The position numbers were made by a program, and so were the translations under genes. A stretch of DNA of 47,117 bases, from assembly GCA_964435925.1 (NCBI GenBank), contig CAYTBG010000005.1, forward strand, positions 1 to 47,117, in the 5' to 3' direction. The notes under the pieces are model-generated. The model had not been told where the DNA came from and did not search any database. It was given only the letters and a program-made list of their open reading frames with translations. This DNA is from an uncultured Eubacteriales bacterium. GTDB lineage: Bacteria; Acidobacteriota; Aminicenantia; Aminicenantales; Aminicenantaceae. Numbering within the stretch: position 1 is the first letter of the stretch; every line of letters begins with the position of its first letter. Positions 29,944-38,204 of this stretch are shown here, in pieces.

Positions 29944-30052
29944 AATTTAGTTCTTCCAGTTTTGGAATGTGTCATGATATTGTGTTGATAATGCAATTTT
30001 TATGTCAATTTTATTCCTGAAAATTGTCTGCTTTTTGTCATGAAAATGTCAT
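29944..30052 (-). promoter_or_regulatory. Module-2 box (eight phased 11-bp units) plus -10 for the C-B operon
   Basis: Sense ATGACATTTTC|ATGACAAAAAG|CAGACAATTTT|CAGGAATAAAA|TTGACATAAAA|ATTGCATTATC|AACACAATATC|ATGACACATTC (30052-29965); -10 TAAATT at 29949-29944. Confidence 0.7.
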
Positions 30053-30741
30053 CTCTCGAGGACCAGCTTGTAGCCAACACCGTGAACCGTAAGCAGGTGG
30101 CGTGGCTTGGAAGGATCTTCTTCAAGCTTGGAACGGAGCAAAGCGATATGATTGTCAACAGTACGGGTTGTAGGATACTGTTCATAGCCCCACACCTCAT
30201 CGAGGAGTTCGTCGCGAGTGACTACTTCGCCGACCCGAGCAGCCAATAAGCGAAGAATTCCGAATTCCTTGCGCGACATATTAAGAACTTTGTCCTCTCT
30301 GCGGGCTTCAAAGCTTTTGAAATCTATTAAAACTTTGCCAAAGCGTAGCTCGTTCGGAAGAGGCCCAATCTTAGACCGCTGCATCCGACGCAAAATGGCA
30401 CGGATGCGAGCCAGTAACTCTGGCACAGAAAAAGGCTTTGTAACATAATCATCGGCTCCTAGATCCAATCCGAGCACCCGATCCACTTCCTCACCCCGGG
30501 CAGTCAACATCAAGATTGGCGTGGTTAGTCCTTCTTCGCGCACTTTGCGGCAGAGCTCATACCCACTCATCTTGGGCAGCATTAAATCCAGGATAATCAG
30601 GTCGGGTTTTTTCTCTTGTATCAAACAGTAACCCTGCTCACCATCCGTAGCAGTCAAGACCTCGTACTTATCATACTCTAGGTTGTCCTTTAGTCCCCGC
30701 AGTATCGCCCGATCATCCTCGATGATGAGAATCCGTTTCAT
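30049..30741 (-). CDS. OmpR/PhoB-family response regulator RR2
   Basis: IEDD, IILDLMLP, GADDYVTKPF, RTVDNHIALLRSK. Confidence 0.97.
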   Translation of the reverse strand: MKRILIIEDDRAILRGLKDNLEYDKYEVLTATDGEQGYCLIQEKKPDLIILDLMLPKMSGYELCRKVREEGLTTPILMLTARGEEVDRVLGLDLGADDYVTKPFSVPELLARIRAILRRMQRSKIGPLPNELRFGKVLIDFKSFEARREDKVLNMSRKEFGILRLLAARVGEVVTRDELLDEVWGYEQYPTTRTVDNHIALLRSKLEEDPSKPRHLLTVHGVGYKLVLER

Positions 30742-32714
30742 TGTTTGCTCTCCAAAGGCAGGTAAATAGAAAAGGTGCTCCCTTTACCTGGCGCACTCTC
30801 GACCTCTATATTCCCTCCATGGGCTTTGGCGATGTGGGAAACGAGGGTCAGACCCAGTCCTGTCCCCACAGTGCGCTCGTTCTCCGGCATGGGAACACGG
30901 TAGAACTTTTCAAAAATCCGCTTTTGTTCCCGCGGGTCAATCCCGACACCTCGATCAGCTACCTGGATCAGAGCCTGGTCATCTTTTCTCTGCAGCCGCA
31001 AGTCAATTTCATGGGACTCACCCGAGTACTTCATGGCATTATTGAGGAGATTCAATATGGCTTGTTCAAGAGCGTCCTTATCCACCCGAACCTCGGGCAA
31101 GCCTTCTTCTGCGTAAACATTAAGCTCGAATCCTTTTTGACTCAGAGGATACTTCATAGCTCGAGCGGACGCCTGGATAATTTCAGATAGAGACGTCGGT
31201 TCCAGCCTGTAAATCCTCTTTCCTTGTTCGATCTTGGAAAAATCGAGCACATTGTTTAATAATCGTGTCAGCCGCTGACTCTTGCTGACAATTGTATCCA
31301 GATACTCTGCCTGCGTTTTCAGATCCTTGGAACGGCCTAAACGCAGTGTCTCGGCAAACATTCTGATGGCTGTCAGGGGAGTCTTGAGCTCATGGGAGAC
31401 GCTGGAAACAAATTGGGAGCGCATCTCCGCCATCCTCACATCGCGACGCACATCTCTCCACAGGAGGTAAGCGCCGAACAGCGTCACGCCCAAGACTAAA
31501 AGCAAGGCGAGTAAGTAAAATGAGCGCTGAAAGCTCCACTGTCTTGAAAGTGCTGTGCCTTCGCTTTCTGCGAAAGCGATTTTTAGACCGCGAAAATTAG
31601 GTCCCAATGATTCTCCCTCGGAACCTTCACCGGTGACAAGGTGGAACTCACCGGGAAATGTTTCAGAGAAGCCGCTGTCTTGCCTGAGAGAAGCGAGGAT
31701 ATCCTGAGCATGCACCACAAAAAGCAAAGGTTGCGATCCGGCAAGCGGAGGAGCCAAACTAACCAACCAGGGGATTTCTCCGTAGGAGATCCATACGGGT
31801 TCGTCTCTTCTTCCTTGATTTCCCCGCTCGGCTGTAAAAGCTATTTTTTGAAAGTCTCCTTGAAGTTCCAAAGCCTGCTCAAGTTTCAGAATGTTCTCAT
31901 TAATTATTCGCTGGTAATCCTTGGCAGTATCCTTGATGTATTGTTCGGGAGCGGTGTTGATGAGTTTTTGGACCAATTCCTGGAGCATATAAAACTCAGC
32001 GGGTGGGAGCCAGCGATTTAACTCAAGTTCGGCTCGGATATATTCTAAGATTTCTCCATGGGCGTCTTCTTCATCGAGCAGGGGTCCGGCTGCATAAAGA
32101 GATAAGGGGATTCCATACTCATCTGTTACGCTGGAAGGAAGGTCCAAAATACGACGGTATTGCGATAAAGCTTCCTTGTTTCGACCCGACTTGGCGAGGG
32201 CTCGTGCCAGCAAAAGACGAGCATATCCTCTCTGGAGGGATTCTTGTGCTGATTCCATCAATTGACGATATAACCCAGCAGCTCGAATAAAATCTTTCTT
32301 AGCAAACTCCTCGCTTTCAGCAAGCTGAACCTTTCGGGAAAAATCAGAGCTGCTAAGGAGCCGACGGAATTCTTCACTCCTCTTATTTTCTTCCCAGGGG
32401 AGCAACAATCGATCTTCCTCCACCAGGCCGATCAACACAACCTCGGGGTTCATATAATCGCGATGGGCGGATAATTGAGCCCAATTTGCCGCCGCGCTTG
32501 ACTCCTGAAGTTTGATTTTTTCCAGGCGGACAAGCAGGTGCTGTCCGATTTCGCTTCCCATACGACGACGCTCATCTACCATTCGCTTTTGAGCCAGTTC
32601 CCGCTCCTGGCTGATCATGCGCAAGGTAAAGACCACCAGGACTAAGCTGGGCAGAATGACAGCAAGCAAGAAAAGAAGGATTTGTTTGCGATGGCCACGT
32701 GAGCTAACAGGCAT
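30738..32714 (-). CDS. Sensor histidine kinase HK2 with TPR-containing extracytoplasmic domain
   Basis: Two TMs, TPR (ARLLLARALAKSGRNKEALSQYRRI, YGIPLSLYA), VSHELKTPL, NLLNNAMKY, GTGLGL. 4-nt overlap with RR2. Confidence 0.95.
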   Translation of the reverse strand: MPVSSRGHRKQILLFLLAVILPSLVLVVFTLRMISQERELAQKRMVDERRRMGSEIGQHLLVRLEKIKLQESSAAANWAQLSAHRDYMNPEVVLIGLVEEDRLLLPWEENKRSEEFRRLLSSSDFSRKVQLAESEEFAKKDFIRAAGLYRQLMESAQESLQRGYARLLLARALAKSGRNKEALSQYRRILDLPSSVTDEYGIPLSLYAAGPLLDEEDAHGEILEYIRAELELNRWLPPAEFYMLQELVQKLINTAPEQYIKDTAKDYQRIINENILKLEQALELQGDFQKIAFTAERGNQGRRDEPVWISYGEIPWLVSLAPPLAGSQPLLFVVHAQDILASLRQDSGFSETFPGEFHLVTGEGSEGESLGPNFRGLKIAFAESEGTALSRQWSFQRSFYLLALLLVLGVTLFGAYLLWRDVRRDVRMAEMRSQFVSSVSHELKTPLTAIRMFAETLRLGRSKDLKTQAEYLDTIVSKSQRLTRLLNNVLDFSKIEQGKRIYRLEPTSLSEIIQASARAMKYPLSQKGFELNVYAEEGLPEVRVDKDALEQAILNLLNNAMKYSGESHEIDLRLQRKDDQALIQVADRGVGIDPREQKRIFEKFYRVPMPENERTVGTGLGLTLVSHIAKAHGGNIEVESAPGKGSTFSIYLPLESKQ

Positions 32715-32740
32715 AGGGTTGACCCTTTTTTCAATAGTAT

Positions 32741-32784
32741 ATTCTAAAATACCCCCAAAGATAAAGATGTCACGAAAATGTCAT
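32741..32784 (-). promoter_or_regulatory. Module-2 box plus -10 upstream of HK2 (putative autoregulation)
   Basis: Sense ATGACATTTTCGTGACA (32784-32768) is a 16/17 match to the first units upstream of C; -10 TAGAAT at 32746-32741. Confidence 0.72.
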
Positions 32785-32794
32785 AAGGCAAACA

Positions 32795-32874
32795 GGGTCA
32801 AATCTTTATTATTGATAAAGCTAGTGTCGTGTCAAATGGTTTGAGATTTTTTGTCAATAATAATAATTTAACCC
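32795..32874. repeat. REP-doublet-like imperfect inverted repeat (GGGTCA...TGACCC class)
   Basis: GGGTCAAATCTTTATTATTGATAAA and TTTGTCAATAATAATAATTTAACCC, 21/25 complementary. Confidence 0.6.
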
Positions 32875-32893
32875 CGTTTTTCTTTACTTTTCT

Positions 32894-35026
32894 TTATTTT
32901 TTCTTAATCTTCTCTTCAGGCAGGAAGTTTTCCATCACCCAGATTTCGGCACTGGGCTTTCCCGAGAAAAACGCGATACGTTGCCCATCTGGATGAATAC
33001 TTAAGTCAAATATTCTGTCTATTGTCAATCCGAGATTTCGAGCCTCTCCACCTTCTGCGGGAATCATCCACAACTCACATTTCTTATACTTCTTTCTATA
33101 GTCCGACCCTTTAGCAAAAAGAATCTCCTGACCGGTGGGAGTCCACGCATATGGTCCGATCGTTTCAGGTAGCGGAACTTTAATAAGGTCGTGAGGTTTT
33201 CCACCAGCGGCAGGAATGATCCTCAAGACATCTGTTAATTTTTCCTCAACCTTTTCAGCCGTAAGAAAGGCTAAGTACTTTCCATCAGGAGATAAGGTTA
33301 CACTTCCAATATCAGGTGGAGCAATCTTGCGATAGAGTTCCTTTTCTTGGCCGGTTTCAAGGTCACGCATGAGGACGCAGGAAAGCTTTTTAGTCCATTG
33401 AGTGTACGGATAGAAAATCGCTTTTCCGTCAGGTGACCACGCAGGCTGCTTTATAATTGTTCCACGCTCAAATTGAACAATTGAAGTAGCATCCCCAGTT
33501 TGCACATCGAGCTTATACATTCCTGAACGATTCTCTTTGTCTAAACCTATCGCAATAATGGAACGGCCGTCAGGGGCCCAAGAAATATACCTAAAGTAAT
33601 TAAGCTGAGGAGAGGAAACTGTCCGTATCTCCCCAGTTTTGCCAGATCGTAGACAAAGAACACAAAAGTCCTTTCCTTCGATGTTTCTGTAGGAGACGTA
33701 AGCTAAATAATTTCCATCAGGTGACCAATCAGGAACAAGGTTGAAGCCTTCGAAACGCTGGGCGGCATTTTTTGGTTGTTCCAGAAATTTGCCCTCTTTC
33801 ATATCAAGCGAGGCGATATAAACATCTACCATAGTGGTCATTATGCCGTAGTAGAAGGACCCTTTGTTAATAAACCCCATAGGCCAAATTTGACCTATAT
33901 CCTTCTTAATCAATTCAGGAGTTCCTTGAGGCTTCTCCTCCTTGACGCGAATGAGCCAAACGTCCGAAGTTCCTGTACGGTTGCTGACAAAAAGAACGCT
34001 TTTCCCATCTGGTGTCCAACCAAGCAAACGGTCATCAGCCTTATGATTAATCAGAGGAATTTCAAGGCTTCCCTCCGTCGAGAGCAGAGAGATGTCGCGC
34101 TGTTGAATGTCTTTCTGTGGTCGAAAATCGTAGGCGATGTATTCTCCGTTCGGTGAAAATAATGCGCTGCTTTCTGGATAGCGCTCGTCCAGAGTCTTAA
34201 GTATGCGAAAAGAGCCATCTGAAACGGAAACCAGCACAACCTGAAGTTTGCCTTGTTCTTTTTGGAGGAAGAAAGCTAGAATGTGCTTACCATCTGGTGA
34301 CCAATCAGCGGGCATGACTTCTACTTCCTTATTCTTAAAGAGAACACTAGGGCCAGAACCATCAAGACCTATTATACGCAGGTCATAGAAGTTATCCTTA
34401 TTGAACCATTTGTAAGCAATCTTCTTGCCGTCAGGGGACCATCTGGAAGTGGAGGCAAACTCTGCTGACTCTTCCCAGGAGCCTTTCTTAGTGAGATTGT
34501 GTTTCTTTCCAGTGGCCATCTCCCGGATAATAAGGTCGCCTTCTCCATCCACACAAGATAGATAACGTCCATCGGGGGAAGGTTCGCCAGAAGTACTCAC
34601 TTCAGGACCTGCCCATACCTTTCTGATTTTGAATTCTTTATCACCTTTTTCGACAACTGCTTGGGCTTTCAACAGGAAGGATAGTTTTTCTTTGGCAAGG
34701 GCGACTTCTTGCTGCTGGTCAGGATAATTATCAACCACCTTCTGGAAAGCTTTTTGTGCTTCTTTCAAGCCTAACTTTTCATAGCACAGACCGATGTAGA
34801 GCTGAGATTTGGCGGCATATTCTCTTTCATCTGGATATTTTTTAATGATTTCATTAAAAAGCTTGATAGCTCCTTTGAGATCGCCCTTTGTTTCCATAGT
34901 AAATTTCGCCTTCTCGAAGAGCACTTTGTGTTCAGAGGAATTCTGAAATCCAAAAGCCATGAGTATGGCTGCTATGAATATGGCTGCTGTAAAGGCAATT
35001 AAAATAAAAACCTTTTTTGAACTCAT
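32894..35026 (-). CDS. Secreted TPR + double PD40 beta-propeller protein D
   Basis: Signal peptide, TPR SQLYIGLCYEKLG, PD40 blades, IWVMENFLP. RBS AGGAGGT. Confidence 0.9.
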   Translation of the reverse strand: MSSKKVFILIAFTAAIFIAAILMAFGFQNSSEHKVLFEKAKFTMETKGDLKGAIKLFNEIIKKYPDEREYAAKSQLYIGLCYEKLGLKEAQKAFQKVVDNYPDQQQEVALAKEKLSFLLKAQAVVEKGDKEFKIRKVWAGPEVSTSGEPSPDGRYLSCVDGEGDLIIREMATGKKHNLTKKGSWEESAEFASTSRWSPDGKKIAYKWFNKDNFYDLRIIGLDGSGPSVLFKNKEVEVMPADWSPDGKHILAFFLQKEQGKLQVVLVSVSDGSFRILKTLDERYPESSALFSPNGEYIAYDFRPQKDIQQRDISLLSTEGSLEIPLINHKADDRLLGWTPDGKSVLFVSNRTGTSDVWLIRVKEEKPQGTPELIKKDIGQIWPMGFINKGSFYYGIMTTMVDVYIASLDMKEGKFLEQPKNAAQRFEGFNLVPDWSPDGNYLAYVSYRNIEGKDFCVLCLRSGKTGEIRTVSSPQLNYFRYISWAPDGRSIIAIGLDKENRSGMYKLDVQTGDATSIVQFERGTIIKQPAWSPDGKAIFYPYTQWTKKLSCVLMRDLETGQEKELYRKIAPPDIGSVTLSPDGKYLAFLTAEKVEEKLTDVLRIIPAAGGKPHDLIKVPLPETIGPYAWTPTGQEILFAKGSDYRKKYKKCELWMIPAEGGEARNLGLTIDRIFDLSIHPDGQRIAFFSGKPSAEIWVMENFLPEEKIKKK

Positions 35027-35077
35027 GATATTACCTCCTGATATTTCGTCCTGCGGGTGAGTTTTTCATTCACAAAC

Positions 35078-35140
35078 AATGTAGGTTTTTTAGTTTCTCA
35101 AGTTGTCAAATAAAACTAAAAAAATGTAAAAGATTGTCAT
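35078..35140 (-). promoter_or_regulatory. Module-3 box plus -10 for protein D
   Basis: Plus-strand half sites TGTCA/ACTAA/TGTAA/TGTCA at 35104, 35115, 35125, 35135 (11-10-10 spacing); -10 TACATT at 35083-35078. Confidence 0.72.
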
Positions 35141-35150
35141 TTCTCTTTTA

Positions 35151-37259
35151 TCAATCAGCTTTTTTTACTAAAGGCAGGAAGTCCTCCATCAGGAAAAGAT
35201 CGTAGTCGCCGCCCTTTTCCGAGTCAAAAGCTATCTTCTTTCCATCAGGCGACCAGGTAATGCGGCGTATTCTCGCATCCATTCCCGTATTTACTTCCAC
35301 TGGCTCTCCTCCAGTAAAAGGAATCACAAAAATTTTCCCTGTGCGCACATAACCAATTTTCTGCCCATCAGGCGACCAGGACAAACCACCTCCCTCTTTC
35401 CGTTTCACCAGGACTTTAGGTTCTCCTCCAGTAAAAGGAACAATTTTAATTGCCCCTTCAGGACCACAGCCATAAGCTATGGATTTTCCATCCGGAGACC
35501 ATGTGTTTGAGCCTTCAACTTCGTCGGGTGAAAATGTGAGCTGTCTAAGCTTGCTTCCTTCTGCCGATACGATAAACAGGTCAGTTTTATACGTTTTTCC
35601 ATTTGATTTTTTCTGCTGGCGTGAGAACACAATCCATTGCCCGTCAGGTGACCAAGAAGGAAAGACGTCTACTCCAGGGCTTGAAGTGATTTGTTTGGGC
35701 TCTCCTCCTTTGATAGATACAGTCCAGATATGTGCCTTGGAGGTTCCCTTTTCTCCCGCCGGAAAAGCGATCTTTTTGCCATCTGGCGAGACACTCGGAT
35801 AATACCAGCCTAATTCCAGATTTTCTGTAATAGGAACGATAGAAACATCTCCGCCTTCAGCAGACGACCAGCAAATTTTTCCTTCCATGAAGAAATAGAG
35901 CCTATTCCCATCAGGGCTCCAAGCCGGATGATCTGTTGAGGCAGGAGTCACTTGAGTGGCTTTGCCTCCTGATGAAGGCACCGTGTAGATGGCCCTGTGG
36001 ATTGGATTCTGCAGAAGAAAGCCGATTTTGTTATCTGACATCCAACCTGCCAATCTCCATGACGATTCTAGCGGAAGGTCAATCTTCGTGGGTGCTGCCG
36101 TCGGTTTTCCGCTCTCAGAGACAGGAACTATCCATACTTCCTTGCAACCTTTGTCAGGTACAGGCTCTCTTAAAAAAGCGATCATTCGACTATTGGGGGA
36201 CCACAAAGAATCTTGAATTCTTCCACCTAAATTGGAAATTTGCACTGGTTTTCCTCCAGATAGGGAAGTTACCCACAAATCCGAAAGCCATGGTTCTTTT
36301 TCTTGAGAACAAACTTTCACATAAGCTAATTTCTTGCCATCAGGAGAGAATGAAGGAAGCCAGGTTTGCGGCTCTGTTTGCTTTCTCGTCGTCCCACCAT
36401 CCACTGGAACCGTGTAGATAAAAGACTGTTTCGACTCTCCTCCAGATTCACCAATCTCTTTTGAAGCATAGGCTAATATTTCGCCATCAGGTGAAAGGCT
36501 CAGGCAATACTGAGAAAAATGGAAACCTCCCCCTCGGTTTACTGGAGCCAAGATTTTCTTTGGCTTACCCCCTGAAGAGGGAATAACATGAATTTCGTCG
36601 ACAAATATATCTTTCTCATTCCTCATATAATTGTAGGCTATCCATTTACCGTCGTTAGACCAGACATGCCCCCATGTCCAGATCTTATCCTCTCCAGCCA
36701 ACTTAGAGGGTTCGCCGGCAATATCAGGACTGACCTTACCCGGTAAAGGGACAATCCACATGCTTCCTTCATACAGCATCGAAGAGAAAGTGAGCATCTT
36801 ACCGTCTGGAGATAACTGCGCTCCTTGGGAAAGTTTAACAGGGATACTTATTTTTCTGAAGATGGGCTTAGGGGGAGCCTTTTCCTTTGCTTTGGAAAGG
36901 GCCGCCATCTTTTCTCTGGCAATGGCCACTTCTTGCTGCTGCTCAGGATAATTGTCGACCACCTTCTGGAAGGCTTGCTGGGCTTGTTTTGCCTGCTCTT
37001 CACCCAGTTTTTCATAGCAGAGACCGATATAGAGCTGAGATTTGGCGGCATATTCTCTTTCATCTGGATATTTTTCAATGATCTCGCTAAACAGCTTAAT
37101 AGCTCCTTTGAGATCGCCTTTTGTTTCCATCGTGAATTTCGCCTTCTCGAAAAGAACTTTGTGCTCAGAGGAATTCTGGAAGCCGAAGGCCATGAGTATG
37201 GCTGCTATGAATACGGCTACTGTAAAAGAAATGAAAATAAAAGTCTTTTTTGAATTCAT
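35151..37259 (-). CDS. Secreted TPR + double PD40 beta-propeller protein E
   Basis: Start moved to MNSKKTF (37259; RBS AGGAGGT; collinear with D). D-type TPR, A-type propeller, C-terminal LFLMEDFLP. Confidence 0.9.
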   Translation of the reverse strand: MNSKKTFIFISFTVAVFIAAILMAFGFQNSSEHKVLFEKAKFTMETKGDLKGAIKLFSEIIEKYPDEREYAAKSQLYIGLCYEKLGEEQAKQAQQAFQKVVDNYPEQQQEVAIAREKMAALSKAKEKAPPKPIFRKISIPVKLSQGAQLSPDGKMLTFSSMLYEGSMWIVPLPGKVSPDIAGEPSKLAGEDKIWTWGHVWSNDGKWIAYNYMRNEKDIFVDEIHVIPSSGGKPKKILAPVNRGGGFHFSQYCLSLSPDGEILAYASKEIGESGGESKQSFIYTVPVDGGTTRKQTEPQTWLPSFSPDGKKLAYVKVCSQEKEPWLSDLWVTSLSGGKPVQISNLGGRIQDSLWSPNSRMIAFLREPVPDKGCKEVWIVPVSESGKPTAAPTKIDLPLESSWRLAGWMSDNKIGFLLQNPIHRAIYTVPSSGGKATQVTPASTDHPAWSPDGNRLYFFMEGKICWSSAEGGDVSIVPITENLELGWYYPSVSPDGKKIAFPAGEKGTSKAHIWTVSIKGGEPKQITSSPGVDVFPSWSPDGQWIVFSRQQKKSNGKTYKTDLFIVSAEGSKLRQLTFSPDEVEGSNTWSPDGKSIAYGCGPEGAIKIVPFTGGEPKVLVKRKEGGGLSWSPDGQKIGYVRTGKIFVIPFTGGEPVEVNTGMDARIRRITWSPDGKKIAFDSEKGGDYDLFLMEDFLPLVKKAD

Positions 37260-37311
37260 GATATTACCTCCTGATAATATGCCCTGCGATTGAGTTTTTT
37301 CATTCACCAAC

Positions 37312-37374
37312 AATGTAAGTCTTTGCTTTTCCCGAGTTGTCAAATAAAAGTAAAAGAATGTAAAAGATTGTCAA
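37312..37374 (-). promoter_or_regulatory. Module-3 box plus -10 for protein E
   Basis: TGTCA/AGTAA/TGTAA/TGTCA at 37338, 37349, 37359, 37369 (11-10-10); -10 TACATT at 37317-37312. Confidence 0.72.
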
Positions 37375-37388
37375 CAAAGCTTTGAAGC

Positions 37389-37510
37389 ATTGGGGTCAGA
37401 CTTTTATAATTTTTTTTATCTGCATCTTTCTCAAAATTCTAACACGCTATCTTGTTATCCTGAGATAAACGCAAATTATGCAAGTCTGACCCCAATAACT
37501 GACCCCAATA
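37389..37510. repeat. REP-doublet-like inverted repeat (GGGGTCAGA...TCTGACCCC)
   Basis: ATTGGGGTCAGACTTTTATAATTT (37389-37412) and AAATTATGCAAGTCTGACCCCAAT (37473-37496), 22/24 complementary, plus a tandem extra CTGACCCCAATA. Confidence 0.72.
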
Positions 37511-37515
37511 AATTG

Positions 37516-38202
37516 TTACCCAACAAATCGATATCCTTCTCCGTAAACTGAAAGGATATATTCGGGATGAGATGGATCCCCCTCAATCTTTTTCCTCAAT
37601 TTCAATATATGATTGTCGATGGTTCGGGTGGTAGGATATTTTTCATAACCCCAGATTTTATCCAGCAAAGCCTCTCTCGTTACCACTTCTTCCCTATGGG
37701 AAATGAAGTATTTTAAAATCTCTACTTCTAGTGATGTAAGATCCAATTCCTTATCTTTGCGCCTGACTTTGAAGTGTGTAAAATCAATCTCGACATCGCC
37801 AAAGCGATAAACTTCTGGGGCTTTTTTTCTCTCCCTCTTCTCGCGTCTTAAGTGTGCTTTTATCCGCGCTAAAAGTTCCCGGATGCTGAAAGGCTTGGTC
37901 ATATAATCGTCAGCTCCGATTTCCAATCCAAGCACTTTATCAATTTCTTCTCCCTTGGCTGTCAGCATGATAATAGGAATGCTTATATTTTTTTGACGGA
38001 GCTCTCGACAGATATCCAGGCCATTCATCTTGGGGAGCATAATATCAAGGATAATCAGTTGGGGTCTGTCTTCCAGGGCTTTGCGAAGTCCTTCCTCACC
38101 ATCCGCTGCCCAATCCACCTCATATCCCTCGTCTAACAGGTTGAGTTTCAACCCTTTTACCAGGTCTTCTTCGTCTTCTATTATTAATATTTTCTCTTTC
38201 AT
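37516..38202 (-). CDS. OmpR/PhoB-family response regulator RR3
   Basis: IEDE, IILDIMLP, GADDYMTKPF, RTIDNHILKLRKK. Confidence 0.97.
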   Translation of the reverse strand: MKEKILIIEDEEDLVKGLKLNLLDEGYEVDWAADGEEGLRKALEDRPQLIILDIMLPKMNGLDICRELRQKNISIPIIMLTAKGEEIDKVLGLEIGADDYMTKPFSIRELLARIKAHLRREKRERKKAPEVYRFGDVEIDFTHFKVRRKDKELDLTSLEVEILKYFISHREEVVTREALLDKIWGYEKYPTTRTIDNHILKLRKKIEGDPSHPEYILSVYGEGYRFVG

Positions 38203-38204
38203 CC

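Noticed and set aside
29965-32784. True Pho boxes (phosphate regulon)
   Set aside because: TGTCAT-N5-TGTCAT resembles a Pho box but lies in the opposite orientation to the genes and only in module 2, and no phosphate genes are present. A local RR is the simpler explanation, though cross-talk is not excluded.
37312-37343. TTGACA as a canonical sigma70 -35 for D and E
   Set aside because: The spacer to TACATT is 20 nt and the hexamer is one of four phased half sites, so it is better read as an activator site.
37260-37343. 28-aa N-terminal extension of protein E in the ORF track
   Set aside because: It overlaps the promoter and leader. Paralogue D and the RBS place the start at 37259.
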